From the IMG/VR virus record IMGVR_UViG_3300014204_013734, positions 224,001-288,000 of that record: 64,000 bases of DNA; one strand, given 5' to 3'. The notes under the pieces are model-generated. The model was given only the letters and a program-made list of their open reading frames with translations. It did no database searches and was not told the origin of the DNA. The translations under genes were made by a program, and so were the position numbers. How positions within the stretch are numbered: position 1 is the first letter of the stretch; each line of letters begins with the position of its first letter. Below, piece by piece: positions 41,895 through 52,398 of the stretch. This stretch comes from a virus (Duplodnaviria > Caudoviricetes).

Positions 41895-44800
41895 ATGCCG
41901 CGAGACACGAACCCAAAGAACCTTAGGACCGGTCCTGGCCGGACGGTTCCTGATCAGGCTACTACCCCTTGGTTGCGGAATTTAGTCTTCCAAGGCGGTA
42001 AACCTGTTGATATGGGGGGCGGTGGGGCTGGCCTCGTGATGGAAGCCTTACGAGCCCACATTACGGATCCGAAAGGCGCCCACGAAGCGACTGCCATTGA
42101 ATACGTCACAGTCCCCCCGCTTTCTGCCCAGAACATGGGGGCGGCGTTCAGTGAGTTGGGGGGAGGATTCCCTCCGGAACCGGCAAAGACTGGTTTGGCC
42201 GTAAACAGATTGTCTTTCCACTGCGTACCCGACTGGGGTGTCGCTAAGATGTCCGAATCGTCTATCCACCTTCGGGACACGGCGTTTGACAATTTGTCCC
42301 GAGTTTCGTCCGATTACACCATCTATCCCTATCACAACCAGCCGAGACGGTGGACTTGGGATTGGGGTCACCTTTACACTCCAGGTTGGTTCCCCGATTA
42401 TCCTCAGTTGTTCCCTGCGGAAGATCCTGACAACCTTGCTACGCAGAAGTGGGCGATGCTTCCGTTTGACACGTTGTCCCCCTACAATTCGGACATACTG
42501 GCAGACCGGATGTGGAATAGCCACAATCTGACTATCGCAGGATTGCCTTTCAAAACTGCTGGCAACGGGCTTTGCCATGCCGGTGCATTCACTCTTTCTG
42601 ATGGCACCGTCCAGCGGACTTCCAGGCTCATGACATGGGAAAACACCCTTGGATTGTGGCCTCCCGTTGTCACCTTGTCCGGGGCCGTGCATCCTGCTGA
42701 CAGGGGTGTCCTGGCTTTGATCCACATCCCGCAGATTGATCCTGCAGGGACGGATTGGACAACGTTGTTCTTGGCCCAAAGCATTCTTGAACGCTGCCCG
42801 GCGGCCCTTCTGTTGGGGACGGGCATAGTAGAAGGAGACGCCTGCGTCAGTGCGGGCGGTGTTCCTTGTGACGGTGAGCCTGGGGGTATTTTTGAAGTTG
42901 GTACCGATACTGACGGTAACGAAGATCCTTTTGCTTTCCCCGGCAAAGCCACTGGCCAGTACGATTTGAAGGAACTTCACACCGGCATATCCGTGATTGA
43001 CGGAATCACCCATATCAAGACCACGCCGAAAATCAGGGCGCATTGGGCCAGCGGCGGGGCTCCGGCGCCCGGAGCCGGTCAGGTGCGTCTCGGGACTGAT
43101 CCTGATGCCGGTGGCGGCATTTTGGCATGGGGCATTCCTATCCTCGGGGCTGGTGCTGACGCGTATGACACGGCGGGCGGGGCTTTCCCGTTGCCGACGA
43201 TCTACACGGCAGTTCCCTATGTTGGAAAAAGCCTTGCGGTGCCTTCTAATTTCTTCCGTTACCGTTTGCCGGTTTTGGATGACTATTCTTCCTGGTCAGG
43301 TCTGAAGTGGACCCCCCGGGGTACGAACCCTGCGACGACTTTTGAAGCAGGACGTTATTTCACTCCTGCTACCGGGGAAAACCCTTACACGCCGCTTGAA
43401 CATCCGGCTTTGTGGACTACAGGACCGTCAGGTTTTGATACGGCCGGCAACTACCCACCTTTCTCCCAGGACAATTTCACGTGGCAGATCGCTAGGTTCC
43501 GTCACACCTTCATCATGGATGGCGGATTGTCGGCCCTGGCCGGCGACCCCCCGGTTGCTGCCCTTGGGACTTGGGTATTGATCCATTTCAAAACGGAACG
43601 GGATTTTGAAGCGATGGTGGTGAACGCTACCGTTCCTGATTCCGTTCACGGAGCCCATTTCCTGTCGGATCATTCCGGAGTCGTCAATGATTGGGACGGA
43701 ATTACCCCCCCGACACCGTTTGACGAACCCCCACATGGTCCGTCACCGAGATACGGGTTCGCGTCAGCTTTCCATCACGCCATTACGGAATCGGTATTCC
43801 TTGGCGGGGAAGTTGCGGATCACATCGTAGTTCCGGCCGACGTGACGGCAGCGTCATGTGACTATGTTGGTGTTGGTGGCGGCGTTGATCAAATGTGGGT
43901 TTCCGGCATTCGGTATCAGACCGCTAGGATCATGACGGGCGGTACTGCCGGCAATCCTGGGTTCTGGTTCATTGATGTTGATGCAACCGTTGATCGTGCA
44001 TGGCGTGGTTGTTGGAGGACGGACCTTCAGATGCCGCCGGTTGTTTCCGACGGTTGTCCCGCTTTCCTTGGCGTAGCTCCGTTCTGTAACGACATATACA
44101 GTGCATTGGTTCCCCCTTCGGGTTCTGGGTGGTTGTCCGCTGAACGACGCTTTGAAATAGATTTCCAGCATCTCGGCACGCATGGGGGTGCCCCATTCAG
44201 TGACGCCAACGGACCGACCGCGTCCGATACTCTTGTCTTGGCAACCCCGGCCAATGTCTACCCTCCGGGGGATGACGAATGGCCCGCCTTTTCTTCAGAT
44301 GCCCGCCTTCGACTGCATTTGCGGCGTCCGTTGGCGCATGTTGGGAATGTGGATGGGGGAACCCTTAACCAGGTCACGCAACCTTACAATTCCGCAGCGG
44401 ACGGGGTAGGGATCAAGCTTCTCAGGGCCGTGACTGACGTAAACCTCCTGTTCCATTCAACCGGAATTCATATGAATGGCGGCGGAACGGATGTAGATGG
44501 CGGGATATTCGGCAACATGGTCAACCCGGTTTCCGTCTTGTACCCTCCGGCGGGCGCCATTGTCCATCATTATCCTGCATGGCCTTCTTTGTTCACTCCC
44601 GGTAAAGATGTTCAGGAACGGTTCTTGGACGAAGTCTACCGTTACAGGGTTCAGGCTGATTTGTCCACCGCCCCCGCTTTCATTCAGTCGGTCTGGGGCG
44701 CCTTGACGGGTCCCGGTCTTGGCGGTTGGATTGGTGGCATCATTCCCCTGCCTGTGAGGGCTGGTCTTTACCATCATGCCACGGATTTTCCGGCGCCTTG

Positions 44801-45731
44801 GGACAATTTGCCAATCGTGTCCGGTCTCACGGATTACGTTGAATACTTTAACCACTTGAGTTTCACGCAGTTGCAGAAGCAGTTGCAATCATTGGCAAAT
44901 TCCACGGTCAACGCAGAATTGCAGGTAGCTGGTCTTCCTGACAGGAATCCTCCGATTGCTGATTGGGTTTCCTGGCAGATGCCGTCGGCGGGGTTGCTGA
45001 AGTATCCGAACGTGGACTACGCGACCGGATACTTCCCGGATGTCTATGGCGTTCCCCAGAACGACTATTCCGCCTTGACCGGTATTCGGTCCTGGTCCAG
45101 GTGCTTTGACGCCGGATTCAGCCGGTCTGACCCCACTGGCAGCACTCCGCCGGTTGATGTAGTTGGTCAATCTGTCGTGACTTTCAGAATTGATGGGTTG
45201 TCCTTGGACGACTTTGCTTGGCGGGCGCCTGGTCCCGGTCAATTGCTGAATGGGTCCAAGATCGCCATTTTGGTTAAGATCCCCGGTCTGACGACCTGGA
45301 TGGACCTTGGCCGTCTGGACGGTTCCGGGCCTTCCAAACAGGACAATAGCCGTGACGGAGCAGGATGCCAGATTTCCGGGATTCATACTCTTGACGGTGT
45401 TGATCCCGACACCGGCATTACCTGGTGTCAGGTGCAAGCCAACGTTGGACCGACGGCAGCTCTGTTGCGGGGTATTTCATCTGGGGTAGGGCTTTGGGAA
45501 GTTCCTGTTATGGTCAAGGTCATGATGGACGAAATGACGGTCGGGGAATATGACCTTCAGGCCAACTATGACAACCTTCCCCTTGGCCTTGGACCGGGTT
45601 GGCCATCCGCGACCATCCGAGGAATTGTTGGCATCCAGATCGTCCATCCGACACAGATTGAACCCTTGACGGTAGTTGCTCCTTCGGGACGGCATGTTGG
45701 ATTGGAGACTTTAGGCGGAAGCTATCCGTAA
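41895..45731 (+). CDS. Tail-appendage-type structural protein (1278 aa)
   Basis: AGGAG SD. N-terminal LRAHITDPKGAHEATAI His motif of the kind seen in trimeric fibre stalks. Confidence 0.65.
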   Translation: MPRDTNPKNLRTGPGRTVPDQATTPWLRNLVFQGGKPVDMGGGGAGLVMEALRAHITDPKGAHEATAIEYVTVPPLSAQNMGAAFSELGGGFPPEPAKTGLAVNRLSFHCVPDWGVAKMSESSIHLRDTAFDNLSRVSSDYTIYPYHNQPRRWTWDWGHLYTPGWFPDYPQLFPAEDPDNLATQKWAMLPFDTLSPYNSDILADRMWNSHNLTIAGLPFKTAGNGLCHAGAFTLSDGTVQRTSRLMTWENTLGLWPPVVTLSGAVHPADRGVLALIHIPQIDPAGTDWTTLFLAQSILERCPAALLLGTGIVEGDACVSAGGVPCDGEPGGIFEVGTDTDGNEDPFAFPGKATGQYDLKELHTGISVIDGITHIKTTPKIRAHWASGGAPAPGAGQVRLGTDPDAGGGILAWGIPILGAGADAYDTAGGAFPLPTIYTAVPYVGKSLAVPSNFFRYRLPVLDDYSSWSGLKWTPRGTNPATTFEAGRYFTPATGENPYTPLEHPALWTTGPSGFDTAGNYPPFSQDNFTWQIARFRHTFIMDGGLSALAGDPPVAALGTWVLIHFKTERDFEAMVVNATVPDSVHGAHFLSDHSGVVNDWDGITPPTPFDEPPHGPSPRYGFASAFHHAITESVFLGGEVADHIVVPADVTAASCDYVGVGGGVDQMWVSGIRYQTARIMTGGTAGNPGFWFIDVDATVDRAWRGCWRTDLQMPPVVSDGCPAFLGVAPFCNDIYSALVPPSGSGWLSAERRFEIDFQHLGTHGGAPFSDANGPTASDTLVLATPANVYPPGDDEWPAFSSDARLRLHLRRPLAHVGNVDGGTLNQVTQPYNSAADGVGIKLLRAVTDVNLLFHSTGIHMNGGGTDVDGGIFGNMVNPVSVLYPPAGAIVHHYPAWPSLFTPGKDVQERFLDEVYRYRVQADLSTAPAFIQSVWGALTGPGLGGWIGGIIPLPVRAGLYHHATDFPAPWDNLPIVSGLTDYVEYFNHLSFTQLQKQLQSLANSTVNAELQVAGLPDRNPPIADWVSWQMPSAGLLKYPNVDYATGYFPDVYGVPQNDYSALTGIRSWSRCFDAGFSRSDPTGSTPPVDVVGQSVVTFRIDGLSLDDFAWRAPGPGQLLNGSKIAILVKIPGLTTWMDLGRLDGSGPSKQDNSRDGAGCQISGIHTLDGVDPDTGITWCQVQANVGPTAALLRGISSGVGLWEVPVMVKVMMDEMTVGEYDLQANYDNLPLGLGPGWPSATIRGIVGIQIVHPTQIEPLTVVAPSGRHVGLETLGGSYP

Positions 45732-45736
45732 TCCGT

Positions 45737-45760
45737 TGAACAGATTATAGCCTTCGCCTT
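45737..45760 (+). promoter_or_regulatory. Degenerate copy 4 of the intergenic motif, overlapping an SD-sequestering hairpin
   Basis: TGA-ACAGAT-TATAG-CCTTC-GCCTT. CCTTCGCC can pair with GGC(A)GGAGG at 45762-45770. Confidence 0.35.
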
Positions 45761-45774
45761 TGGCAGGAGGAACA

Positions 45775-48700
45775 ATGACGGCATTCAATCCCGATAAAGA
45801 CACTCTCGGCGCCGACCTGTTGCGGTCTCCGACGAGTCCTTCAAAAACAGCATGGCAGGAATTCTTCGGAAAATTTTCCACGGTTCCAGCATCCAAGGTC
45901 GTGCAGGCTGCGGATGTCATCCGAGGACTTTCCGGGTCCTGGGCTTCCCAATGGTGGATGGGTTCGTCCCTGCAGCAGGGGTCCTTGGCGCCTGACCCGC
46001 AGATTCCGCCGGACCAGATGTTCCAGACATCACATCTTGGGCGTCCCGGCATGCCCGAGATCAATTTCCCGCCTTATTCGTTCAACACGAACCGCTTTGC
46101 CCATAAGGGCGGAGCCCTTCTCGGCCATCCGATTTCCTTTTCGGTAGTCGGGCCAACCTTGAAGCAGGGGAAGTACGTCAACTGGCAGTGGAAAGTTGAA
46201 GTCGGGGCTTCCAATGACATCCTCCGTTTGGACACCGTCGTCCAGGATGATGACGGAACTTCAACGGTTTGGGCTACCAATCCTTGGGGTCAGCTTACGG
46301 CCAGTGTTGCCGCCCTGTACGGCATTGACAATGCGGATCTCGACACGACTGATCCCAATCGCCGTTTCCATGGCGGTCTCTATGTCGTAGTGGTTCATCC
46401 CGGAGCCCCTGGGGACCTTACGGGCGCCGTCGTTGGCGGACTCGGTTGGGGAACGGTTATTCCGGGATCAGGCACGGCGGCCGAACCCGTTTCCAGTGAT
46501 GCTCTTTGGGAAATTTTCCGAGTAGTTGGCATTGACATTGACACGGGATTGATTCTGGACGGTGGGAAGCGCTTGTCGGCCTATTATGGCACCCCCAACG
46601 GCAAGATCATCCGTTCCATCATGCTGTTTGAACCTGCAGCGACTCGCTTGGTTGCCGTTCCAGGTTCTGGCCCGTTGGTTGGTAGAGAACAGGTGTTTGC
46701 CGTTGTTCCGCCTGAACGCGCCCTGAATGCGGACGGGCAGATGCCTTATTTCATGTGGAAATCTGCAACGGAATGTGAACAGCCTTGGGATCCTGCCACA
46801 TTCGCGTCTGACGGGTCCTTGGATCCGTTGATTGCTGGTGGGGTAGGGACGCCTACGCCATGGGTTGGCTTTGAATATGCAAACATGCCCCGTCTTCCTA
46901 TCCCACGTCCAAAGACGAAGATGGACGGGACCTTGCAACACACGGTAGTAGCCCCCCCTTGGGATGATGTCGGTCCTGGACGTATGGTTATTTCCGTGGC
47001 TGGCCCGACAGCTAAAGCCCCGTTGGTTGGGGATATCCTCCATGTCGTCAACATCAAGGTTGTCGGTGCGGCGGCTCTGAACCGGCAGGCATCACCTGAC
47101 CGCGGAGCCAGTTTGGATTCATTGTTAGGCTGGTTTGAAGTTGTAGAACGTTGTCTCCCCGGTGGCAGTGTCACCTTGCTTGTCCTGCGGCGCATTGAAG
47201 AAGTTGACCCTGCCGTTGGGGTTCCTTTCTGGGGCGATGAAGGATTCTTCGTTGCAACGGGTTCTCCTGATGACATCGTCCTGTCATTCACGGTCCATGA
47301 TCCCGTCAAGAAACTGTGGGATTCCCCGTCCTTTGATTTTGATCGGGTGGATTCAGCCCGGTTGACGAACGTTATTGATCCCCGTTGGATTGAACGCAAG
47401 ACGGATAGGGAAGATGGGGCAACTGGCCTTGACAACCAGTGGAATGCTTCTACCGATGGAATTGGGGCACACCCGCAACGGGCTGACAGGGCCGTGTTCG
47501 GCACCGGTGAATCTCCCGCTTTGATAGGGAATTTGGCACAAGACCCCGGCAGCATGTTTGATCTGGGATTCAGGGTCGTGTTGTTTCCCGCCAAGGTCAA
47601 GACGGTTACGGTCCCGAATATTCCGCCGGCATCAAGTATCGTGTATCCTCCGGCCGTCGTGGACATCAATTACACCACGATGGACATCCTTGTTCCTGAT
47701 TGGTCAAGGCCAATTGAATCGGATGAAGTCCTGATTGATCCGGCGGTTACGGGTGAACGCCAGTATGTGGAAATCGATTATGCCAACGGTTTCGTCAGGT
47801 TGTCCCATGCCCCTTCCGTTTTGGGCGGTGCTTTCGTCCCTGACGGGGATGTTTACAGCGCGGATGACAACCCCCGCAAAGAAATGGTCATTTTCGCGTG
47901 CTTGGTCCCTTATTCCATGGAAAAGGGGCAGCTTGGCACTGGTGTCCGTGTAGCTTCCATCCCGGCAACCTTGAGCAGCACTTCGGGCGGATGCAGTGGC
48001 GGTGGTTCCCATCTCCAGACGACGACCGACCAGACCGATGTCTGGGGTTGGCGCGAATGGTTCACCCTTCAAGTTGGACAGACGGTTGGGGATGCTTCAG
48101 CGACCATTATTCTGGAAGGGTTGGTTGCTGACCGTATCCCGCCCGCCGGATTTGTGGAAATTCTTGAAGGCACCGGACCTGATGGAATTCCCCCGACCAA
48201 TTTTGAGTCGTCCCCCGATTGGAGAGCTTGTACGTTCGGTTACCATATGGTGATGGAAGACAATTCCATCCCTGCCGCTCCGGTTACAAAATTGATCGGG
48301 TGTTGGGGTTGGCCAACAGGGGCTACCTTCACGCCAAGTGCGTTGCATCCAGGCGTAGCTATTTTGCGCCGGGAAGTCATGCTCCCGAATACCTTGGATG
48401 GTAACGCGGGTGTCCCTTACGCTTACGATACGACTTTCGGGGCATCAAAGCGGGCGACTACTTTGCGATTTGTGAATTCGGAACTTCAGGTCAACGCTGA
48501 TGGTTCCGTGACGGTGTTTCCGTTGTCTGATTCCGCGTCTCTTGACACCGAAGCCAATCTCGGAGATTTGTTTTCATCCTGGACACTTCGGCCAGGCTCG
48601 ATTTCCGACAATGGGGCCGGGACTGTTACTTGGGGCGCATTGACGGTGATTTGGCAAGGTTTGCGACGCACGATTGCCGCAGGGTCCTCAACCATTGATT

Positions 48701-51700
48701 GGGCAACCTGGAGCACGAGACCGGCATGGTTGTACGTGGACGGGTCTGATTGTTCTGTCAAAGTTTCAACCAGCTTCCCTCTTTCGGATCCTGAATACAT
48801 TCTTATTGCCATGGCAAGATGGACCGGTCCTGGTGTGTTCACGTCAACTGACATGCAGGCTGCTCTTGTTGACATCGATAAGCGGGTGGACCTCTATGTA
48901 GGTCGGACCTTGTATTCCGGTTCTTGGGCGACCTATCACCCTTGTTTTGACACGCTCCAAGCTGCGGTTGAATATGCCAGCGTGATCAGGAACCCTCCTG
49001 CTACGACCCTTCCCGCTACCAGTGTTCCTGGACCAAAGGTGTACATTCATGTTGTCGGCAGGACGTTGGAAACGGGACAGACTATTTTCGGAGCCGACGG
49101 CATTACGATAGAAGGGTGCCCGGAATTGTTTGATGATCCGGTAGCGTCCGTTAACCAAAAAGCAATCGTTTGGGCTCACGTAGGAGACCCGTTGATTGAC
49201 TTTAATGGACATGATGACATCGTTTTTGACGGTGTTCCTTTCCGATATGATGGTCTTGCGGTTGATTCCCCAACCCCTTCTTCCATGCTGTTTGGAAACA
49301 CGGGTTCCGGGTCTTCCCGATGTGTCATTCGGAATTGTCGGTTGTATGGCCAGACGCAGGGATTCCTGTATTCTGCTGGGACGACCTGGACGGATTGTCG
49401 GTTTGAAGACAACTGGGTTGAAAAGGTAGAGGATTTCGGAATCCTGATGGAATCCGGGGTGATGACCCCTTACCTCATGGGTTATCCAGACCACGTGTCC
49501 CCTGATGATGTCGTTGGAATCACGGTCACTGGGGCTCCACTTGTTGTTACGGATCCTTCTGGGTTTTCCTACAGTGTGGTCGCGGGAACCCCAGGCAAGA
49601 TCGTGGTGATCAATTCAGCCAGTCCCCCATGTCTTGAATTTTTTGAAGATGCTGCCGGACCTGTTTCCTTTTACATACTTGAGCATCAATCCGCCAAGTT
49701 CACAAGCGGCGGCGTGACTGTATTCCAACGGGCTCCTGGTGATTCCATGACCGTCCAAGCAGGGGAATATGGTGTAATTTTCGGAATGGGAGATGTTGGA
49801 ACGTACCGGGGTTGGGTTGTTGCATCCAGTGAAACAACTAAAGACACGGTTATTGAAGGCAACACCTTCATTCGTGACGCATCCCCCCTGCAGGGGATGA
49901 CTCCAGTGACGGGGTCCATTTCCCAAGGCGAAACGGCTACTTTGTCGTGGGAACTTTACGCTGATGTCGGCAACGTTACCATTGCCGGACACGTGCTTCC
50001 CCAAGGCGCCATGGCGACAGTGCATTATCTTGTCGGGCCTCCCATCATCCGTGTGGCTTACGCCGCGGGTCCGTGGACGCATGACATTACTTTGGGTGAC
50101 GTGTATGCTTACGTCACTAATGACGATCCGAACGGGGCCGGGGTGTTCCGGTTCGTCGGGGTTGGGGCTCCTACCCCGCCCGCAAGTTTCACCGTAACCG
50201 GCAGTCACGCCGCTATGCTTCTTCACCGCACTGACGGTGTCACGACTTGGGCTGTCGCTACGGGACCTGTTTCTGGGGTCACGGGCTGCGGTATCGGGAT
50301 CTTCAGTGACTTCATGCTTCCGATGTCCACGAGTTGGGCAGACTACATTGCCGCGGCAATGTTCAACTTCAACAACCGGATCGTCGACAACCGGATTGAA
50401 GGTTTCCATGTCGGCATTTGGGCGAACAACATCTGCTATTCAACCGTTGACCGGAACTACGTCGACGAAACCTGGAATACGGGTGTTGTTGTGGGTCCTT
50501 GGGCGGTCGGGACAACCGTCAATGAAAACGCTTTGAATGACGTATTCAAGGAAACGCCGTTGCACGGGGGACCTTTCCTTTATCCGGGCAACAACCTTTG
50601 GGACACCGGCACCGATGTTGGTATCAAGCAGGGTATCCTTTGCGCCGGCCTTGATGGGTCGGTAGACAACAATAATGTCACCATTGGTACGGGACTTCCT
50701 CCGCACGGTGCCGTTGTGACTACCGGGACAAGCGGTTGGACGTGGCAAGACCGTGACATTTGGGTCGTGTACGGCATCAACTTCAAAGTCCGGGGAAACA
50801 CCACTTCATCCCGGATCGCCGGTTCTGGTATATATCTGAACCTGTCGGAGAACTGGACTCCTAACCTGCTGTTGCCTGCAGCTTATTATTCTACGCTGGA
50901 AGCCAATATCGTAACGGATTTGGAAGTTACGGGCGGCGCCGGTTTGAAGATCCTTGGGAACCAGCTTTCAACGGGATCCGTGTACGGGGGCATTTGTACC
51001 ATAGAAGGCAACCACTGGCAGTCTATGACGCTTACCGGCAGTTTCTACGATGTTGTTGGCAATGTAGGGGGCTTTACTTCTACGACGGAACCCGACAAGT
51101 CTGATCCGGCATTGCCTGTTTTGAGTGTGACTACCGGAGACAGATCAACGATAGTCGGGAATAGCTTCTGGATGACCCGAACGGTGCATGGAAGCGGGGC
51201 TTCTCCCAGCCCTGACCTTGGGGAATCGGTCACCCTCATCCTCCTGACGAACTGCACCAATTCCAGTGTGCAGAGCAACACCTTGCAACTGGATATCCTT
51301 GGAACCACGACGGGCGGGACCATTGTTTTGGGGTCTCTTGGAACGGAAAATCCCCAGATAGGAATACAGATTGTCGGTGGGGCCTCCAGTATTGCTCCGA
51401 TTGTATCCAACAATCACGTTTCCGTTCAGGTGGAATTGCTGGCAGGAGCACACGGGGCATACACGCCTGTTCAAAGTCGGTTGGATTTTTACGGGGACTT
51501 GCTCGGGATTGATGTTGCCGCTACGAACGCCGTGGTAGAAGGAAACAACGTCATCTTTGACTTGGCCGAAGAAATTTATTCATCCTTCGGCGCCGCCAAC
51601 ACGGTGACCTATTACGGGGATGCCGTTGGTATTCGTGTGGTCGGAAGCAAAAGTATCGCGTCCGGGAACCGCGTTTCTGGGACGATTCATCTCGGGACTG

Positions 51701-52389
51701 TCATGTCCGGGGGTGGTCCTGCTGGTTCTGGGGCTCTGGAATTGGGTGGCGTCGGTAACGATTTTGACATAGCCGGTCTCCTTTGCGAAGGGGGCTACAT
51801 GACCGTTGATGGCAACAACCTGGAATTACTCGCCAACTTTGGGGATGTTAGCAAGGCACTTGATCCGTACACGGGAACGATTTTCACGGGCGCACACATT
51901 TTTGACCGTGAAGCCGGCCTGATGAAGCGGCCCGATCCCGGTGCGTTGGCGGCATCAGACTTGAACAAGATGAACAGCAATCACGTCTTGGTCATGACTG
52001 GTTATGCAAACTTGAACCCGATGACAGCCCCGAACACGTTTGATGTGGTTAATTGTTGGGTTGGGGTTTTCACGGACGAAAGTCAAGGCTACAACCTTAT
52101 GAACGGCAACTATGCCTTCGGGTATTCCACTTGGGACATGGGCGCCGTTCCTGATCCGTCCAGTGTCAATCACTGGGGGATCGTTGTCAGAACCGAAGGA
52201 CATCCACATATCGTCGGCAACTGGTCGACGACGCTTTCTCAGTTCGGGGGCGGGGGCCCGCCGCCAGCGGCTTCTATCGTGGCGAACAAGTTGAGTAACT
52301 TGGCGGGCCCTGGCGGTGTAGGGTGGTTTGGGGGGGCATTGGCCGCTTGGGCAGCTCCGACTTATCTGAATTTGAACTTCCTCACATGA
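45775..52389 (+). CDS. Giant tailspike-like protein with a long C-terminal right-handed beta-helix (~2204 aa)
   Basis: AGGAGG SD. FDTLQAAVEYA cap followed by many parallel beta-helix turns (VIRNC, FEDNW, IEGNT, IVDNRI, VRGNT, IVGNS, VEGNNV, VDGNN). Confidence 0.7.
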   Translation: MTAFNPDKDTLGADLLRSPTSPSKTAWQEFFGKFSTVPASKVVQAADVIRGLSGSWASQWWMGSSLQQGSLAPDPQIPPDQMFQTSHLGRPGMPEINFPPYSFNTNRFAHKGGALLGHPISFSVVGPTLKQGKYVNWQWKVEVGASNDILRLDTVVQDDDGTSTVWATNPWGQLTASVAALYGIDNADLDTTDPNRRFHGGLYVVVVHPGAPGDLTGAVVGGLGWGTVIPGSGTAAEPVSSDALWEIFRVVGIDIDTGLILDGGKRLSAYYGTPNGKIIRSIMLFEPAATRLVAVPGSGPLVGREQVFAVVPPERALNADGQMPYFMWKSATECEQPWDPATFASDGSLDPLIAGGVGTPTPWVGFEYANMPRLPIPRPKTKMDGTLQHTVVAPPWDDVGPGRMVISVAGPTAKAPLVGDILHVVNIKVVGAAALNRQASPDRGASLDSLLGWFEVVERCLPGGSVTLLVLRRIEEVDPAVGVPFWGDEGFFVATGSPDDIVLSFTVHDPVKKLWDSPSFDFDRVDSARLTNVIDPRWIERKTDREDGATGLDNQWNASTDGIGAHPQRADRAVFGTGESPALIGNLAQDPGSMFDLGFRVVLFPAKVKTVTVPNIPPASSIVYPPAVVDINYTTMDILVPDWSRPIESDEVLIDPAVTGERQYVEIDYANGFVRLSHAPSVLGGAFVPDGDVYSADDNPRKEMVIFACLVPYSMEKGQLGTGVRVASIPATLSSTSGGCSGGGSHLQTTTDQTDVWGWREWFTLQVGQTVGDASATIILEGLVADRIPPAGFVEILEGTGPDGIPPTNFESSPDWRACTFGYHMVMEDNSIPAAPVTKLIGCWGWPTGATFTPSALHPGVAILRREVMLPNTLDGNAGVPYAYDTTFGASKRATTLRFVNSELQVNADGSVTVFPLSDSASLDTEANLGDLFSSWTLRPGSISDNGAGTVTWGALTVIWQGLRRTIAAGSSTIDWATWSTRPAWLYVDGSDCSVKVSTSFPLSDPEYILIAMARWTGPGVFTSTDMQAALVDIDKRVDLYVGRTLYSGSWATYHPCFDTLQAAVEYASVIRNPPATTLPATSVPGPKVYIHVVGRTLETGQTIFGADGITIEGCPELFDDPVASVNQKAIVWAHVGDPLIDFNGHDDIVFDGVPFRYDGLAVDSPTPSSMLFGNTGSGSSRCVIRNCRLYGQTQGFLYSAGTTWTDCRFEDNWVEKVEDFGILMESGVMTPYLMGYPDHVSPDDVVGITVTGAPLVVTDPSGFSYSVVAGTPGKIVVINSASPPCLEFFEDAAGPVSFYILEHQSAKFTSGGVTVFQRAPGDSMTVQAGEYGVIFGMGDVGTYRGWVVASSETTKDTVIEGNTFIRDASPLQGMTPVTGSISQGETATLSWELYADVGNVTIAGHVLPQGAMATVHYLVGPPIIRVAYAAGPWTHDITLGDVYAYVTNDDPNGAGVFRFVGVGAPTPPASFTVTGSHAAMLLHRTDGVTTWAVATGPVSGVTGCGIGIFSDFMLPMSTSWADYIAAAMFNFNNRIVDNRIEGFHVGIWANNICYSTVDRNYVDETWNTGVVVGPWAVGTTVNENALNDVFKETPLHGGPFLYPGNNLWDTGTDVGIKQGILCAGLDGSVDNNNVTIGTGLPPHGAVVTTGTSGWTWQDRDIWVVYGINFKVRGNTTSSRIAGSGIYLNLSENWTPNLLLPAAYYSTLEANIVTDLEVTGGAGLKILGNQLSTGSVYGGICTIEGNHWQSMTLTGSFYDVVGNVGGFTSTTEPDKSDPALPVLSVTTGDRSTIVGNSFWMTRTVHGSGASPSPDLGESVTLILLTNCTNSSVQSNTLQLDILGTTTGGTIVLGSLGTENPQIGIQIVGGASSIAPIVSNNHVSVQVELLAGAHGAYTPVQSRLDFYGDLLGIDVAATNAVVEGNNVIFDLAEEIYSSFGAANTVTYYGDAVGIRVVGSKSIASGNRVSGTIHLGTVMSGGGPAGSGALELGGVGNDFDIAGLLCEGGYMTVDGNNLELLANFGDVSKALDPYTGTIFTGAHIFDREAGLMKRPDPGALAASDLNKMNSNHVLVMTGYANLNPMTAPNTFDVVNCWVGVFTDESQGYNLMNGNYAFGYSTWDMGAVPDPSSVNHWGIVVRTEGHPHIVGNWSTTLSQFGGGGPPPAASIVANKLSNLAGPGGVGWFGGALAAWAAPTYLNLNFLT

Positions 52390-52398
52390 GGTGATCCC

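Noticed and set aside
41883-41897. Current stop-codon read-through or recoding, suggested by several in-frame neighbours (1096/1100, 19013/19026, 41885/41895, 52389/52399, 59859/59875)
   Set aside because: All three stop codons are involved, most downstream genes have their own SD, the frequency is near the 1-in-3 chance level, and standard-code coding density is already very high.
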